Shown: one piece after another, positions 23,132 through 36,559 of the stretch | Position numbering within the stretch: the stretch's first letter is position 1 | Layout of the letters: each line of letters opens with the position of its first letter | Assembly: GCA_010909165.1 (NCBI GenBank) | Contig: MU008198.1 | Coordinates: forward strand, 1 to 64,000 | Direction: 5' to 3' | DNA length: 64,000 bases | Source: Anthoceros angustus | Lineage: Eukaryota > Plantae > Anthocerotophyta | Made by a program: the position numbers and the translations under genes | Notes under the pieces: generated by a model | What the model was told of the DNA's origin: nothing | The model's database searches: none | What the model saw: the letters and a program-made list of their open reading frames with translations, nothing else

Positions 23132-25153
23132 CTATCCGAAATTTGTGAGAACCTTGCCGGTGAAGTGATCCCCATACACCACAGGGACCAGGCTTGGGTC
23201 CTTCCCCTTCTCACCCACGCAGAAATCCAGAGGTTCCACAAGGGCGTCGAAGTTGGGCTGCCACACACAGTTTGGGAGAGCAGATGGGTTGCGTTTGTGT
23301 GAGGAACAACAGTAGCTAGGTAGTTGGTTAGTTTGGTTACCTCGTAGAAGAAGGGGACAGACACCCGGTATTTGGTGTTCGCGTTCACTACGCGGTGTAC
23401 GGTCGAACGATATAATCCATTGCTCCAGATCTAGATACCACCACCACCAGTTTCCTGTTGGTAATGCAAGTCCACGGATTTCGAAGCTGTGAGGGAAGCA
23501 TACCTTGAGCATGTCACCGATGTTGACAACAAATGTTCCTGGTATAGGATGAGCCCACACCCACTCGCCACCTTGGGTCTTCACCTGCAAGATACTGGAG
23601 TTGATGTTGCTCGGGAGATCGTGTAGCCGTGAAGACTGGAAGAAAAGAATATGACATACCTGGAGTGCTGACACATCCGTGTCCTGATTGACTAGAGTGA
23701 GCAAGCCTGCAGCCAACCATTCAGCTACTGAGGTGAGGTGGGTTCTTGTTAGAAGAACCAGAACGGGAAACGAAAGGCCAGAGTACCGTAATCGGTGTGC
23801 TCCCCACTGTTATCGTGCCCCGACCCCATCCGGCAACAAGTACCACAGGATGCTGGTTAGTGCTAGGCTATATCTTCGCTACTGCAAAGCTCTTCAGTTT
23901 CGACAATGAAGTGTTTAGCACACAGAAAGTAGACCAGCCAATCTCAGCATCGTCGTGGTCAACAGGTTTGTGAGCCGGGGGGTAGCCGATCACCCTTAAG
24001 ATCCAAAAAGGATCTCCTCCTCTTTCACCTTCGAATGCGTCTTTAGGGCCGCCCAGTGCAAGAGCTATGCCCTGCATGATTCTCCTTCCCAGCTCTGCTC
24101 ATCACAGATAAACAACAGTGTGCCATCAGTTTAGGGTACCCCCACGGCGGCTCGTTTCCTCCTTCAAAAGGTCCCGAACTACCTTTTAATTCAGTCAGAT
24201 ACTCTTCCATGACGGGTCGAAATGAGGCTGGCTGATCCGGCCTGCTTGGGACAAAAACCACACATGTACGTGAGTTAGCCTACAAATCTAGCCTGGCAGC
24301 CGTAGACCGTAAACCGCCATGGTGGAGGCATATGCTTACCACTGATTGGGACCGTAAGATGGATGTTGAGGTGTGGAAGCAGAAACGTGAGGCACCAGCT
24401 CCCTAAAAAACTGCAAGGCCACAGCCAACAGGTAACTCCTGATAGCTGCTGGTGCTTCACGAGAACAAGATCCACTTTTCATACCAAATCCGCAATCCTC
24501 GATGGGACTCACATCAACAGCCTCGTGAAAGTCAGGCTGCCCTTTGGTGATGTTCTCCCCCACTTTCTGGTACCCCCTGGCTTCATTCCAACCCCACAGA
24601 AAAACACGCTCAGCAAATCTCACAAGCATGCTTATCCATGCTCGCTGCCAGTCTACAACTTCCACTCACCTGTAAAAGGTAGAGCTGCTCATCTTGATGC
24701 AAAACTTCTCTTCCTCAGGGAGGTCGAAAAAGGCTCTACTCACATCCAGAACTCGTTGCATCAAATCCGCGGACACCCCATGCCCTTTCTGACCAACACA
24801 AACAGAACGGAACAACACTCACTCAAGATCCAACGCCCCTCCGCACAACACATCCGTCACTAAAACCACAACCCCCAGCTGACTCAGCACATACCACGTA
24901 GAAAAACCCAATCCTTCTGCACGCCTCATCCAGCTCCTTCACAACTGCTACAACCCCCGCGTCTCCCTCCACATCAGAATCCCCCAACTTCCCAACCAAG
25001 GGGCTCACATCTGCAGAGCAACACGTAACGGTAAGAACCCCAAGAGACACAACCCGGTTCCCACCACGGCCACACTGCCATGAGAACAGCAAGCAAACAA
25101 ACGAGCTGAAGACAACGGCAGCGGTTACCGATCACGGGGATGGTTCCTGCCAT
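23132..25153 (-). CDS. 2-oxoglutarate/Fe(II) dioxygenase (At3g50210/DIN11-like), ~12 exons
   Basis: MAGTIPVIDVSPL...ACRRIGFFYVKGHG...RGYQKVGENITKGQPDFHEAVD...GPNQWP...CGEHTDYGLLTLVNQD...VVNIGDMLKIWSNGLYRSTVHRV...RVSVPFFYEPNFD. The HxD...H and RxS motifs are intact. Confidence 0.92.
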
Positions 25154-26242
25154 GTCCTCTCCGGAAGACAAGCTTAAAGTAGGGTGCTTCGACGGGCTGG
25201 CCTATCACATGTGAGAGAGCCTGTACGATTCGACTGTGAGACTCTGGGGCGTGCCTGAGAGCCCGGTCGCATCCTCCACGCCGTAACTGCGAGGGCCCGC
25301 TGTCCTTCTTCCAGAAGCCCCGTTGAGTGCGCGGTTGGCTTTCGCCTAAACGGAATGTCCTCTGGAGGAGAGAGGATGAGATATCCTCATCATCTCTCAA
25401 CAAAGTTTGTCATGTGCCCCACTAAAACCCCGCAGGCGGGAGCGAGAGGCTGACATAAATACCATCACACATGGCCGGAGAGAGCGCGGAATTGTCGGCT
25501 TTGGGTTGGCAAGTCAATGGAGGTGGGCCACGTCGGAACTTTCCTGATGTTGCCCCGACGTGTCCCGGGCCCCGGCGCCAGCGTGTCGTGCCTGCCGAGG
25601 GGACACGAGTGTGATTAAGATATTACTATATCCCACCGGATATAACATATTAATGATATATTACTGCCACGCTGCTAGCGCAGACATGCTTCGTTTGAAT
25701 TCCCTGCGTCGTTCCCGGTCGTTCGGGGGGCAGATACATTTAAAGACGGGACCAGGAGGACTGGGAAACCGGAGGACCGGCTGCTGATGCTGCAGCGCCG
25801 GCGCCAGCGCCTTTTTGCCTTGCCTTGCCTGGACTTGCCTTCCCTCCCTCGCTGGCTCGCTGGCTCGCTGGCTACTTCCTGCCTCCCTTCCTTCCGGTGT
25901 CCGTGCCTGCCTCCTGCATCTCCTTGCGCGGTCCGCCGCTTCGCCGTTCCTGCGTCTCTTTTGACTCCAAGGTCGCGTCAGGGGGCCCGGAGGACGTCGT
26001 GTGCAGCCCGGCAGAGGTGGTTTTGTTGCATCCACGCTGCCTTGTGGCCGACTCCACGGGATCTGTGAAGCGAAGCCAGCGTTCAATTCGGGCTGTCGGG
26101 AGTTGGGAGACGCGGGCTCGCTCGGCGCGTTGTGGGTGGAATGGGCTTTGATCCGGCGTGCCCGGCGGAGGTGGCGGCATTCGGTGTGGGCGTATGTTCG
26201 GGAGGCAGGGGGAGGATGCAGGAACTAGTTTGAATTATGCCC

Positions 26243-26270
26243 GGTGTGGTGTGGTGTGGTGTGGTGTGGT
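26243..26270. repeat. (GGTGT)n microsatellite in the 5' region of the C2-GRAM gene
   Basis: GGTGTGGTGTGGTGTGGTGTGGTGTGGT. Confidence 0.9.
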
Positions 26271-26507
26271 TGGGATGAGCGAACCGGGATGTGGGGTGTG
26301 ATGAGCTGCAGCTGCTGTGAGGGAGCTTAATAATTTATCGGTGTTGGAGCGGGGGTGAATCCGGTTGAGCTTGAAGCGGATTTAGAACGTGGCGCGGGTG
26401 CTTTCGGCGGGTGGGTTTGAAGTGGAATTTTCACCTTGGTTTCCGGGGCGAGATTGTGTGGGGAGGGGGGGAAGTTGGAATCCGGGTGGTGTGGGAGAGT
26501 GTCAGCT

Positions 26508-29500
26508 ATGAAGCTCCACGTGCAGGTTATGGAGGCCCGGGACCTCCTGGGCCGGGACCCGAACGGGTTCAGTGATCCCTTTGTGAGGCTGCACCTGGGG
26601 AGTACCAAGGCCAAGTCGTCGGTGGTCAGCAAGAATTTGAGCCCGATGTGGTACGAGGACTTCTACTTCAATGTTGGGGACCTGGACGAAGAGCTGATTG
26701 TTACGGTTTGGGATCAAGATAGGGTTTTCGATGACTTTCTGGGACAGATGAAGATGCCCGTGTCCAATGTGCTGGACGCTGAGAAGCAGTCGCTGCCGCC
26801 AGCGTGGTACCCGCTGCAGAAAAAGAGCGAGAAGTCCAAGGTTGCTGTTTCAGGTGATGGGTCGCTTCCGGCTGCACTCGCAGTGTAGGAAGGGATTGCG
26901 CTTGAGATGAAGCAGGTGGTCCGGAATTTGAGGTGGACTGCCAGTTCTGACTTGTGTTCTGATGCTCTTGTGTTGTCCAGGGGAAATTTTGTTGGGCTTC
27001 TCCCTCTATGGTCGTGCGGGGTCGTCGCACCCTGGGTCGGCACACCCTCTCCCTCATGTACAGAGCCCCCGTTTCTTGCCTACTTCGGTTGACACGCTTC
27101 ATATCCGAACTAACTCTTTGGATTCCGATAGCTCTGAGACAGATTCTGTTGCAGCTCTAGACAGTCCAACAGTCCCCTTCGCCTCACCTGAGCCCTCTAG
27201 GTTTCATTTATCTTCTCCGCTAGGAGACAGCCCCTCTATTGGCTCCCCTGATGCGGGGAGCCCAAGGTTTTCTGACTCTGGAACGCCGAGGTTTGCCGGG
27301 GATGGCAGCAGGTTTGGCTTTGAAGGAAGAATAGCATCTCCGTCTCCACTGGGTGACCATTCTTCTTCGGATAGCACAAGGTACTCCGAGGGCTCTGTGG
27401 ACAGAAGTCGCAAGAATCGCCGTCGGTCCTTTGGAAGGCTCAGTGGTCTTTTCGCAACCCGGCGATCCCAGACTCTCAATGGGGCTGCTTTATCAAGTCC
27501 CTCGGAAAGGGGCCCTCCAGATGCCCAGCTTAGTTCGGATCAAGGCAGTGAATTAAGTGGCGAGGAAGCTGAGGGCACCTCTGAACGAGAGTTGCCCATG
27601 TCCTTTTTCGAGGACGATGGTACAAATGATGTTCCGAAAAGTGGTGCAGCTGAGCCAAGTGGTGATGAGGAGGACGACATTCCTCCTCTACCGGGAGGTA
27701 TTGTCTTGGATCAATCTTATGCTGTTAGTTTCAAAACCTTGAATGCACTGCTGTTCAAGCCAGGGTCAGATTTTGTCAAAGACGTTACTTCAGCACAGAA
27801 AACTACGGAGTTGGTGGAGGGTCCGTGGGAGCAATCGCCGGAGGGAAATAAAAGGAGGATAGTAACTTATGTGAAAGCTGCAACAAGGCTGGTAAAAGCA
27901 GTCAAAGCCACTGAGGAGCAGACCTATATCAAGGCTGACTCTAAGGGTTTTGCAGTTCTCATGTGTGTCAGCACACCAGACGTACCTTACGGGGACTCAT
28001 TCAAAACGGAGGTGCAAATGAATATGACTCCTGGCCCAGATCTGCCCACAGGTGAAAAGACTTCACATCTTACAATCTCCTGGAGAATGAACTTCGAAAA
28101 GAAGACCCTGATGAAATCCGTGATAGAAAACGGTGCTCGCCAGGGTATCAGGGATACTTATCAGTTGTATGGTGAGGTATATTTTTTCCTCGTGTTTCAC
28201 ATCTGTATGTGCAGTATCCTTGGTGCTCCAGTGCCCAATTTTGATTGTTTCGGGCTCATGGTCACTTTTGCGTCATGTGGATCAGGTCCTAGCCAAGTAT
28301 GCTAAGCCGATCAGCAATGCACAACTGGGCAGCAGGCCAATTGTCGAGGATGTGACTCCAAAAAGTGACTGGGAGGCAGCTCTTGAATACTTTGGGAACC
28401 TCCCTGTGATATTGTGTTTATTCTCACTGGCTTTTATGCTTCTACACATCCGATTGGCACTGCCAGGAGTGAGGAAACTGGGACTGGAGTTTTGGTGGTT
28501 CGACTTTCCAGACACTTTGGGAGAACTGTTCACCTCAGCTGTTGTAGTCCTTCAAGTTGAGCATGTAGCAAAGATGATCTATCGTTTTCTGCGAGCACGA
28601 TATTTGCGAAGTATGTCCACTCACCTTGCCTGGTTCGAGTATGGTGTTGAACATCCATGTGCCTTGGAGCTGAGCTTTGCTGTTCAGCTTGAGGTGTAGC
28701 CAAAGCAAAGCACATGATTTCAGCAAGTAGTTTTCAGTGGGTGGGTTTTAACATGATACAGTCTGTGTACGCCAGGTAGCGACCATGGCATCAAAGCACA
28801 GGGAGATGGGTGGCTTCTCACTGTAACCCTTCTTGAGGCTGAGAATTTACCCTCAGCTGACCTCACTGGATACTCCGATCCATATGTTGTATTCACGTGC
28901 AATGGGAAGTACCGCACTAGTTCTGTCAAGTTGCAGACTCTGAACCCACAATGGCGAGGTATGAAGTTCTCATTCAATTGGTCTGTGTCCCTCAGGTCAT
29001 GAAAGGCCCCTGAACTTCATAACTTATGGGCATGTTTGATTGTGCAGAGATCTTTGAGTTTGATGCAACAGAGGATCCTCCTTCAACAATGGATGTAGAA
29101 GTTGTTGATTATGATGGCCCTCTGTCTGAACCAGAATCACTGGGCCATGCAGAGATCAATTTCCTAAAGATGACACCTGACCAGTTGGCGGACCTATGGA
29201 TATCTTTGAGTGGAAAGAAAGCTAAGTTGTGTGGGTCCAGGCTGCATTTACGTGTGTACTTGAGAAACACCAAGGAAGCTGATGTCCGTCCTGAGTACCT
29301 AGAGAAGGTGGAAAAGGAGGCAAAGACCAAGGTAACGTGGAGCTGCACTAATTTATCTCACACTTCTATATAAACCCCAGGAAGTATTCCTCTAATCTAG
29401 TGAAATGTGCAGATTGGAAAGCGCTCCCCTCAACGGAATACTTCTTTCCAAAGGCTATTCTCGCTTCCAGAGGAGGAATTTCTTATCAATGATTTTGCGT

Positions 29501-30896
29501 GCGCTGTTAAGAAGAAGATACCTTTGCAGGTATTGTTTGTCATGCAAACTGCTCTAAATCGGCCCCTGCCTTAAAGACCATGTTGAGAATGTTGTGTGTT
29601 TTTTCAACAGGGTCGGGTATTTTTGTCACCTCGAATGCTGGGGTTCTACTCCAACCTTTTTGGTCATAAAACCAAATTTTCTCTTCTGTGGGAGGACATC
29701 GATGAGATTAAAGAATTAACTCCATCCTTAGCTTCGGTGGGCACTTTGTTCAATCCATCAATCGTAATTTTTGTTCGCAAAGGTCGTGGGAAGGATGCCA
29801 GACAAGGTGCAAGGCGGATGGATGCTTCTGGCCGGTTGAAGTTTCAGTTGCTGTCATTTGTACGTCCTGGACCAGCTTTCAGGTAATTTGAGTATGGAGA
29901 AGTTGTCAATTGGTGATTGGCTAGCCACCATGATATTGAACAGCTTTTTTCCTTGTCTCAGAACTATAATAGCCCTGTGGAAAAACCGAACGCTTAGTCC
30001 TGAGCAGCAGATGGAAATTGTTGCAAGTGTTGAGGCCGGGGACATGAAATACGCTGTGGCTGAAAGACAAGCTGATGACGATGCTCCTTTCTTGGGAGTA
30101 GAAGATGCCAAAATGACTCAGGTCTCGTCATTGGAAGTTCCTGTAACGGTGAGTTATATTCTCTCCCTTCGTGCGTCGGAACAACCACATCATTCAAGAC
30201 TCTCACTACATCCTTTGAGATGTTGTAACATCAGTCTCCTGTGCATGTTTGCAGGTTGAGCAAGTTCTTTGTTTGTTTGAAGATGACAATCTAGATGAAC
30301 GCATAGCATCAAAGTCTGGATGTCTGAACTACAACACGACTCCTTGGGAGCCTGTGCGGGACAAGCCGCTCGTGCATCGTAGGCAAGTGAACTACAAGTA
30401 CTCCAATCGCCTTTGTCGATTTGGGAGTGTCGTGACCTGTGCACAACAGAGAACAGTTTCAGAGGACAAGAAGTTGGCTGTGATGGAGGAGATTCTGACA
30501 CTACATGATGTGCCTTTCGGAGATCACTTTCAGGTAGACCTCAGGACTCTTCAGTGCTGTTGTTTTCGGCGTCCACTAGGAGAAGCAAATCCCCCAAATA
30601 CAGTAGTTTTCCCTGGTTCTAGTCCAGTCCCATTTAAAGCTGTTACCTCTTGTGTGCAGGTGCACATTCGGAAGGAGCTGGAAACTGTGTCAATAAACAA
30701 TCCCCAGAGTGTGTGCAAGGTCTTCCTAGGGGTTGCTTGGCACAAGAGTACCGTCTTTCAAAAACGGATCACCAAGAACATCCATGAAAACATTGCCAAG
30801 CAGGTGAAGGAGAAGATGGAGTTGACTGCAAAGGAGATCAAGCTTAAAAAAGAGGGGGGAAACTGCCTCTGTAAGTCTACCCGTGGAGGAGGATGA
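26508..30896 (+). CDS. C2-VASt-C2-GRAM-VASt lipid-transfer protein (At1g03370-like)
   Basis: N-terminal C2 (MKLHVQVMEARDL...DPNGFSDPFV), VASt (STPDVPYGDSFK), TM segment, second C2 (DHGIKAQGDGWLLTV...GYSDPYV), GRAM (FQRLFSLPEEEFLINDFAC...QGRVFLS) and second VASt (LHDVPFGDHFQV). Introns are GT-AG. Confidence 0.93.
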
Positions 30897-31140
30897 TGGC
30901 AGGTGAACTTTGTGATTTTCTTCATGGTTGCCATTAATATCTCCCTTTCGACTGTTGTGCTGGTTACAACAATACTCCGTATGTGCCAAGGCTCAGCAAC
31001 TCAGCGAGATGGTAGACCGATAACCGAAGCAGGCATGTTCCAGTATGGTTTGGTGAAGGGACAAGTTATGACTTCAAGAGCCGGAGCTTGCACTACAGTC
31101 CTCGAAGTGTGAAACCCAGGCCCAGCTGGCAGCCATGAGC

Positions 31141-31525
31141 TTACACGCTGTGGCCTGTTGAGGAGTTGAGTTGGACCATGAAGAATTCACGCTGCTGTAA
31201 AAAGGTGTCCTGTCAGTTGCGAGCAGTTTCTGTACAGCTAATGCCGGTCCCTGATGAGGGGGAGATGGACCAGATGAGCATGTTGTGAATTTTTGTTAGT
31301 GAAGGAGACAATTTCTTTCTGTTCAACATGCAATGAGGAGGCAGAGCAAGGGAGAAAAGGAGGCGAACAATCAGAGAGTTGTGATGCCCACAACCAGATG
31401 TGGCGAAAGAGCCAGATAATAAATGTTCACGAAGACTCGGTGGTGTGGATTTCCGGATCATAGGAGCATCGTGTACAGCAGCGTGAATTCTTTGGTCAAC
31501 CTGCGCTGAGCAGGTGCAATGTAAA
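31141..31525. other. Intergenic long imperfect inverted repeat (foldback); candidate pre-miRNA or MITE relic
   Basis: Perfect 19-bp arms AAGAATTCACGCTGCTGTA (31181-31199) and TACAGCAGCGTGAATTCTT (31474-31492), with imperfect pairing extending on both sides. Confidence 0.7.
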
Positions 31526-31905
31526 GTACTGTGTAATTATGTGAGGGCGCTGCCGCCGCAGCTTGATTGCGTAGAACTTGTGAACTAATAAAGGCCTGGG
31601 TCTTTGAGGTCCACTGTCCTGTACTGGGTCATTTGAATTCCTTGCACATTAGCAAGTCCGAGGAGACAGCATATGGAAGGAGGTTAGTGTTCGAGCACAT
31701 ATCGCTGCTATGCCAGTGTGGTGTTGCCTAGAATTCCAGTCGTAGAGCCACCCTTAATCACACCCGCTTCCGAGGTAAAGTGGATGCATGTTGCTGTAGT
31801 TTGGCTGCAGATGGCCTCCTTATGTATACTTGGTGTACTCAATCGCACTCTGCAGCCTCCCTTACCATCGTTGTCGTTTCAGGGTGCAATGCTGCCAGCA
31901 GCAGT

Positions 31906-34597
31906 ATGAGGCAGCCAGCTACAGGCCTTGCCTCATCTCCTGTGAGTCGCGTGCTGATCCAGTTCATCGTCACAGTCGCGGCTTTCTCCATCGGATATAT
32001 TGCTGGTGGTTATTCAGTGAGTGGACGCACGGTATCCCTCCATTTCAAACAAGGACACCCATGCTCGCTCCCTCTCAGCTGTGAAGTCATTGGTTCTTTT
32101 TCAGCAGCTTGGGCCTTCCAGCTGGAGAGTCGCTGTCCATCCTGCTAACGCGGGCCAGGATGACCAGGCTAGGCTGCAAGACCTGGCCCGATCTATTGAG
32201 GAGATGAAACTGAAGGCTCAAGTCTGTGACACGGATTTGGAATCCTGCAAGACGGAGAATGCAAGGTCTTTGGTGAGTTGAGAGGGCCATTCAGATAACC
32301 ACTCTTGTGTCAGATCTTCCTTAGGTCTGATTGCGTTGGATTTCATGCAGGAGATCCTGTACTCCATCCGGAAAGCTGTTGGCCTGCCACCTGAGGAGGG
32401 CCAGGATGATCCCGCGGGAACGCAAGACCTGGCCCGAGCTGTTGAGGAGATGAAACTGAAGGCGCAAGCTTCCGACAGGGATTTGAATTCTTGCAAGACG
32501 GAGAATGCAAGGCCTGTGGTGGGTTGCCAGCTCCATCCCCTTCGGATAACCACACTTGTGTCAGATTCTCCTTAGAACTGAGTACGTTGGTTTTCATGCA
32601 GGAGATTCTGTCTTCCATCCGAAAAGCTGTTGGCCTGCCACTGGAGGAGGGCCAGGATGATTCCGCGGGAAGGCAAGACCTGGCCCAAACTGTCGAGCAG
32701 ATGAAGCGGGAATTGGATTTTTGCAAGAGCAGAGGTGCTCTGTCTCTGGGAACGAGGTGCTCTGAGCCCAAAATCACTCAGAGAATTCCCAGTCTCGTGG
32801 TTCAGGCGTCCACTGATCTCTACCTTCGCAGGGTTTGGGGTTTACCCGAGCAGGCAATTCAGCTCCCTGGAGTCCTGGACTATGCTAGTACGCGGATTCG
32901 CAGGAGTAGTCACATCTTCCAGAGGGCGTTGTTATTGTGGTGGGTTGCTGTTTCCTTCCCGCAATAATCAGACATGAAACCCGCTCTCTTCGTGCAGGAC
33001 CTTCCTGAGGAACCACCAAAGTATCTGCTGGCAATGGCTGCACACATCAGAAGCAAAGTGCACGTAGACTACATGATTCGACGGGTAACCGCTACCTCCC
33101 ATGACTATCTTGAATTATACACCGGGACCTGCAAATGACTTGCCGTGGAACACGGATGTATATACGCTGCCTTGACAGTGACACACTCTGTGTTGCAGTT
33201 TTCTGCAGCAAATTTTACTGTTGTCTTGTTTCATTACGACTCCTCATCCCTCGGAGAATGGGCAGAATTTGAGTGGAGCAACCGAACCATCCACATCCAA
33301 GCCCAAGGCCAAGGGAAATGGTACCTTTCGAATGTGTGCCTGATACCGTAACACAGTCATGCAAGTGTGCTACTGGTTCTGACTGCACTGCGATTGTGTA
33401 AACGCACTGTGTACCTTTTTCTGCCTGCCCTTTGGATGACAGGTGGTTCGCCAAACGCTTTTTACACCCAAGTGTGATTGCGGCCTATGAGTATGTGTTC
33501 TTCTGGGATGATGATCTTGGGTTGGACAACTTCCATCCTTTAAGGTGAGACACTGTCCAATCATGTTCTGTCCAATTATGTTCATGTGTTTTGGCATCTA
33601 GACACTGCGAAGTCTGACGTAAGTTTTGTTTTGCGAAGGTTTTTGGACATCATGAGACGCAACTCCCTTGAAATAGCTCAACCAGCCCTCTTCCCGTACA
33701 CACAAGTACACCACAGCCTTACCAGATTGGTAAATGGTTCAGAGGTTCATAAAATCGATCCGTCCCATCCCCTGGTAGTGGGAGGGAATAAATCCGATTG
33801 CATTGAAGCCAAATGGCCTCCTTGTGCTGGGTGCGTGACTTGCATCACAGTCCCAGACATCTTATGCGTCTGATGCCTGCTCTTTTGGTACGAAAGTGAG
33901 TCACTGGCAGTGATTTGTGGACTTGGAAACAGATTTGTGGAAGGCATGGCGCCAGTCTTTTCAAAGAAAGCGTGGGCTTGCGTCTGGCATATGATCCAGG
34001 TTTGCAACTGGCTTCTTTGAAGCATGATCAACATGTAGGCTTTGTCTATCCTGTTTCGTGTGTAGTTGTCAGGAATGGTTGTTAGACAATTGGTTTTAAC
34101 TTCCAGCCACTGTGCAGAATGATCTTGTGCACGGATGGGGGATTGATCTTGCCTTTCACGTATGTGCGAATGGTCCAGGCCACGAGAACATGGGCATCAT
34201 CGATGCCGAATATGTGGAACATCAAGCTGTGTTTTCGGCTGATGGAACTGATAGGGTATTTCTCTCGATCCTGACCCCAAGCCTAGTTGGTTCTTTGTAG
34301 ACAGCAGTTCACTACCTGAAGAAATTGTTTTCCTCTGTAACAGATTTTTCAGGATACCGGAAAAACTTTCAAGATCGTGGTATGTAGTGACCAGAGTTCT
34401 TTCCAACGTAGAGCTCACGACAGTAGGCTTATTTATGCAGCAGCTCTTGTCGTACTCAATGCCGACTCTGTATCTGGTAATGGCGGCAGGTTGAGGAGAG
34501 AAGTGCAGCGGAGGACGAGCTCTTCCGCAGACGTTGGCATGCAGGTCTGGCATACGATTGGAGTCATCCTTGCCCGCAGGCGGACGAACTCGGTTGA
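31906..34597 (+). CDS. DUF707 family type II membrane protein (putative glycosyltransferase-like) with triplicated stem exon
   Basis: N-terminal TM, then TDLYLRRVWG, KYLLAM, FTVVLFHYD, WWFAKRFLHPSVIAAYEYVFFWDDDLG, LEIAQPAL, PPCAGFVEGMAPVFSKKAWACVWHMIQNDLVHGWGID and MGIIDAEYVEH. The final exons are less certain. Confidence 0.88.
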
Positions 34598-35799
34598 CAT
34601 CGTGACGTATTCGATTTCAATTTTTTTTTTTTTTTGGGTATTTGCTGGATCACTGCCGGGGTGGTCATGCAAGAATACCGATATGCCTAATGTAAGTCCG
34701 CTGGGACTCCCTGAATCAAAAGGTCGAAATATTCTTAGGAATCGAGTGTCTTGCTTGAGAGGGACCTTGTGTTGACCTATTCTATGCTACCTTGATGTCT
34801 TACAAACAAAAGACGGTACATCTTATAAACAAAAGTTGTACACCCTGCAGACAAAAGTCATTCACTAACTAATCAATATTCGATCCACATCCTTGTTGTG
34901 CCAGCCTCTAATGGTTCGATCCATGCTCTTGTTGTGCTAGCCTCTAATGGTAAACTCTTGCTATGTGACCAGCCTGCATACTATGAGCACTGAAGGCGTA
35001 TATTATGAGTAGAGAAGGCACGTGTGGGATGCAACTTTGCTAGTTTGGTATGCACTTCATATTGTTGACTTTGCTTTTGCAAAGCAGGGGAGGATCAAGT
35101 TTGAGTGAAAGTCTACACCGCAGGTGAAGGCTATCAGCAGGGGTTGACAGCATTCTGCACATTGTGACCCGTCCCCCGTCCTATTGCTAGTATGGATGGG
35201 GTGTAAGTAGGCTTGTGATTGATCCTTGCTGGAGTGAGGATCGGGTTGGCCATGTTCATAGGGATTAGGTGGGTGTGACGGATGTCTGGGTGCATTCAAG
35301 CTCAGGTGGGTTACTCATCTTGTATAGTGTCATTAGCTTAGGATATTGCCGATGTCTTGAAGAAGACCATTAGTGTGGCTTAGGACAAAGCGATGAGCGA
35401 CAAGTGGCCTTATCAGGTAATATCTACTCTCCAAGCAAGCGAATCACACCTGGTGCAGCCACCCTTCTTATATCACTAGCCATATACCAATTGTGTGAGA
35501 GAAAGCTGATGGTGGAGGAGTTTACAACCTGGTCATTGGTGGTACTATATGTAACTTGTTTGATGAGAACTAGCCACCACAAGAAAAAGACCTCTTTTAC
35601 GACATATTTGCAATGTACTTTACTAAAATTTTGCATAAAGATGTTATGAAATCCTCTAAACTTTGACCACTTCATGGCATTTTACACGTGACTAGCCTCA
35701 TACTAGGCGCTGACTAGGTGTTGACTAGGCACTGACATGGCACTTGACACGACCGGTCTAACTAGCCGCCACGTCATCCACTCGCTGGGTAGTTAATTT

Positions 35800-36240
35800 A
35801 TATCAAACTTTACACCGAACTTTACAAAGGCTTTACAACACCTTTTACAACCTTGGAGTTATATTTCAATTTAGAACGTGGTTTACAACGCTTAAAGACA
35901 CTTAGTGATTTATAGTGCTCAATTACAATATGATTTATAACGCCTTTACAACAACTCGAACAACACAAATTGCAAATTAAATTACAACACATGTTGTAAG
36001 ATTACAACACAAATTACAATGGAAATTACAATTAGTGCAACATAAATTACCACGTAAATTATGATTAGTACAATGTAAATTACAACACATGTTGTAAAAT
36101 TATAATATAAATATGTCTCTGAAAACACAATTGTAACACAGCTTACTACGTAAAGTGCAATAAATGCAACGAAAATTACAATAATTTGAGATATTTCAAA
36201 TATTTAAAGTAATTATGGCAACGCCAATTACAAATTCTCA
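35800..36240. repeat. AT-rich low-complexity array of TTACAAC/AATTACA motifs (TE-internal)
   Basis: About 20 TTACA-type motifs, including AAATTACAACACATGTTGTAA twice. Confidence 0.7.
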
Positions 36241-36373
36241 ACTTCGGTTTCTTACCTGGGAAGTAAAAAACCCAACTTTGTTTTCTCAACCTGCTATAGA
36301 TATTGGGGAGACATAGTAGGGTCAAGTTAAGATAAATAAGGTCACATAATAGGAGCTGATTGACGGCGCAAAG

Positions 36374-36548
36374 GATGAGGGTGCCTAAGACAACCAGATG
36401 ATGATTCTGCAAAATGAGATGAGGGTGCCTAAGACAACCAGATGATGATTCTGCAAAATGAGATGAGGGTGCCTAAGACAACGGATGATGATTCTGCAAA
36501 ATGAGATGAGGGTGCCTAAGACAACCAGATGATGATTCTGCAAAATGA
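36374..36548. repeat. 44-bp tandem repeat, 4 copies
   Basis: GATGAGGGTGCCTAAGACAACCAGATGATGATTCTGCAAAATGA at 36374, 36418, 36462 (43 bp) and 36505. Confidence 0.97.
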
Positions 36549-36559
36549 GCTCAGTAACT

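Noticed and set aside
36374-36548. 44-bp repeats as CRISPR or a C/D snoRNA cluster (ATGATGA motif)
   Set aside because: No spacers, no properly placed CTGA D box and no terminal stems.
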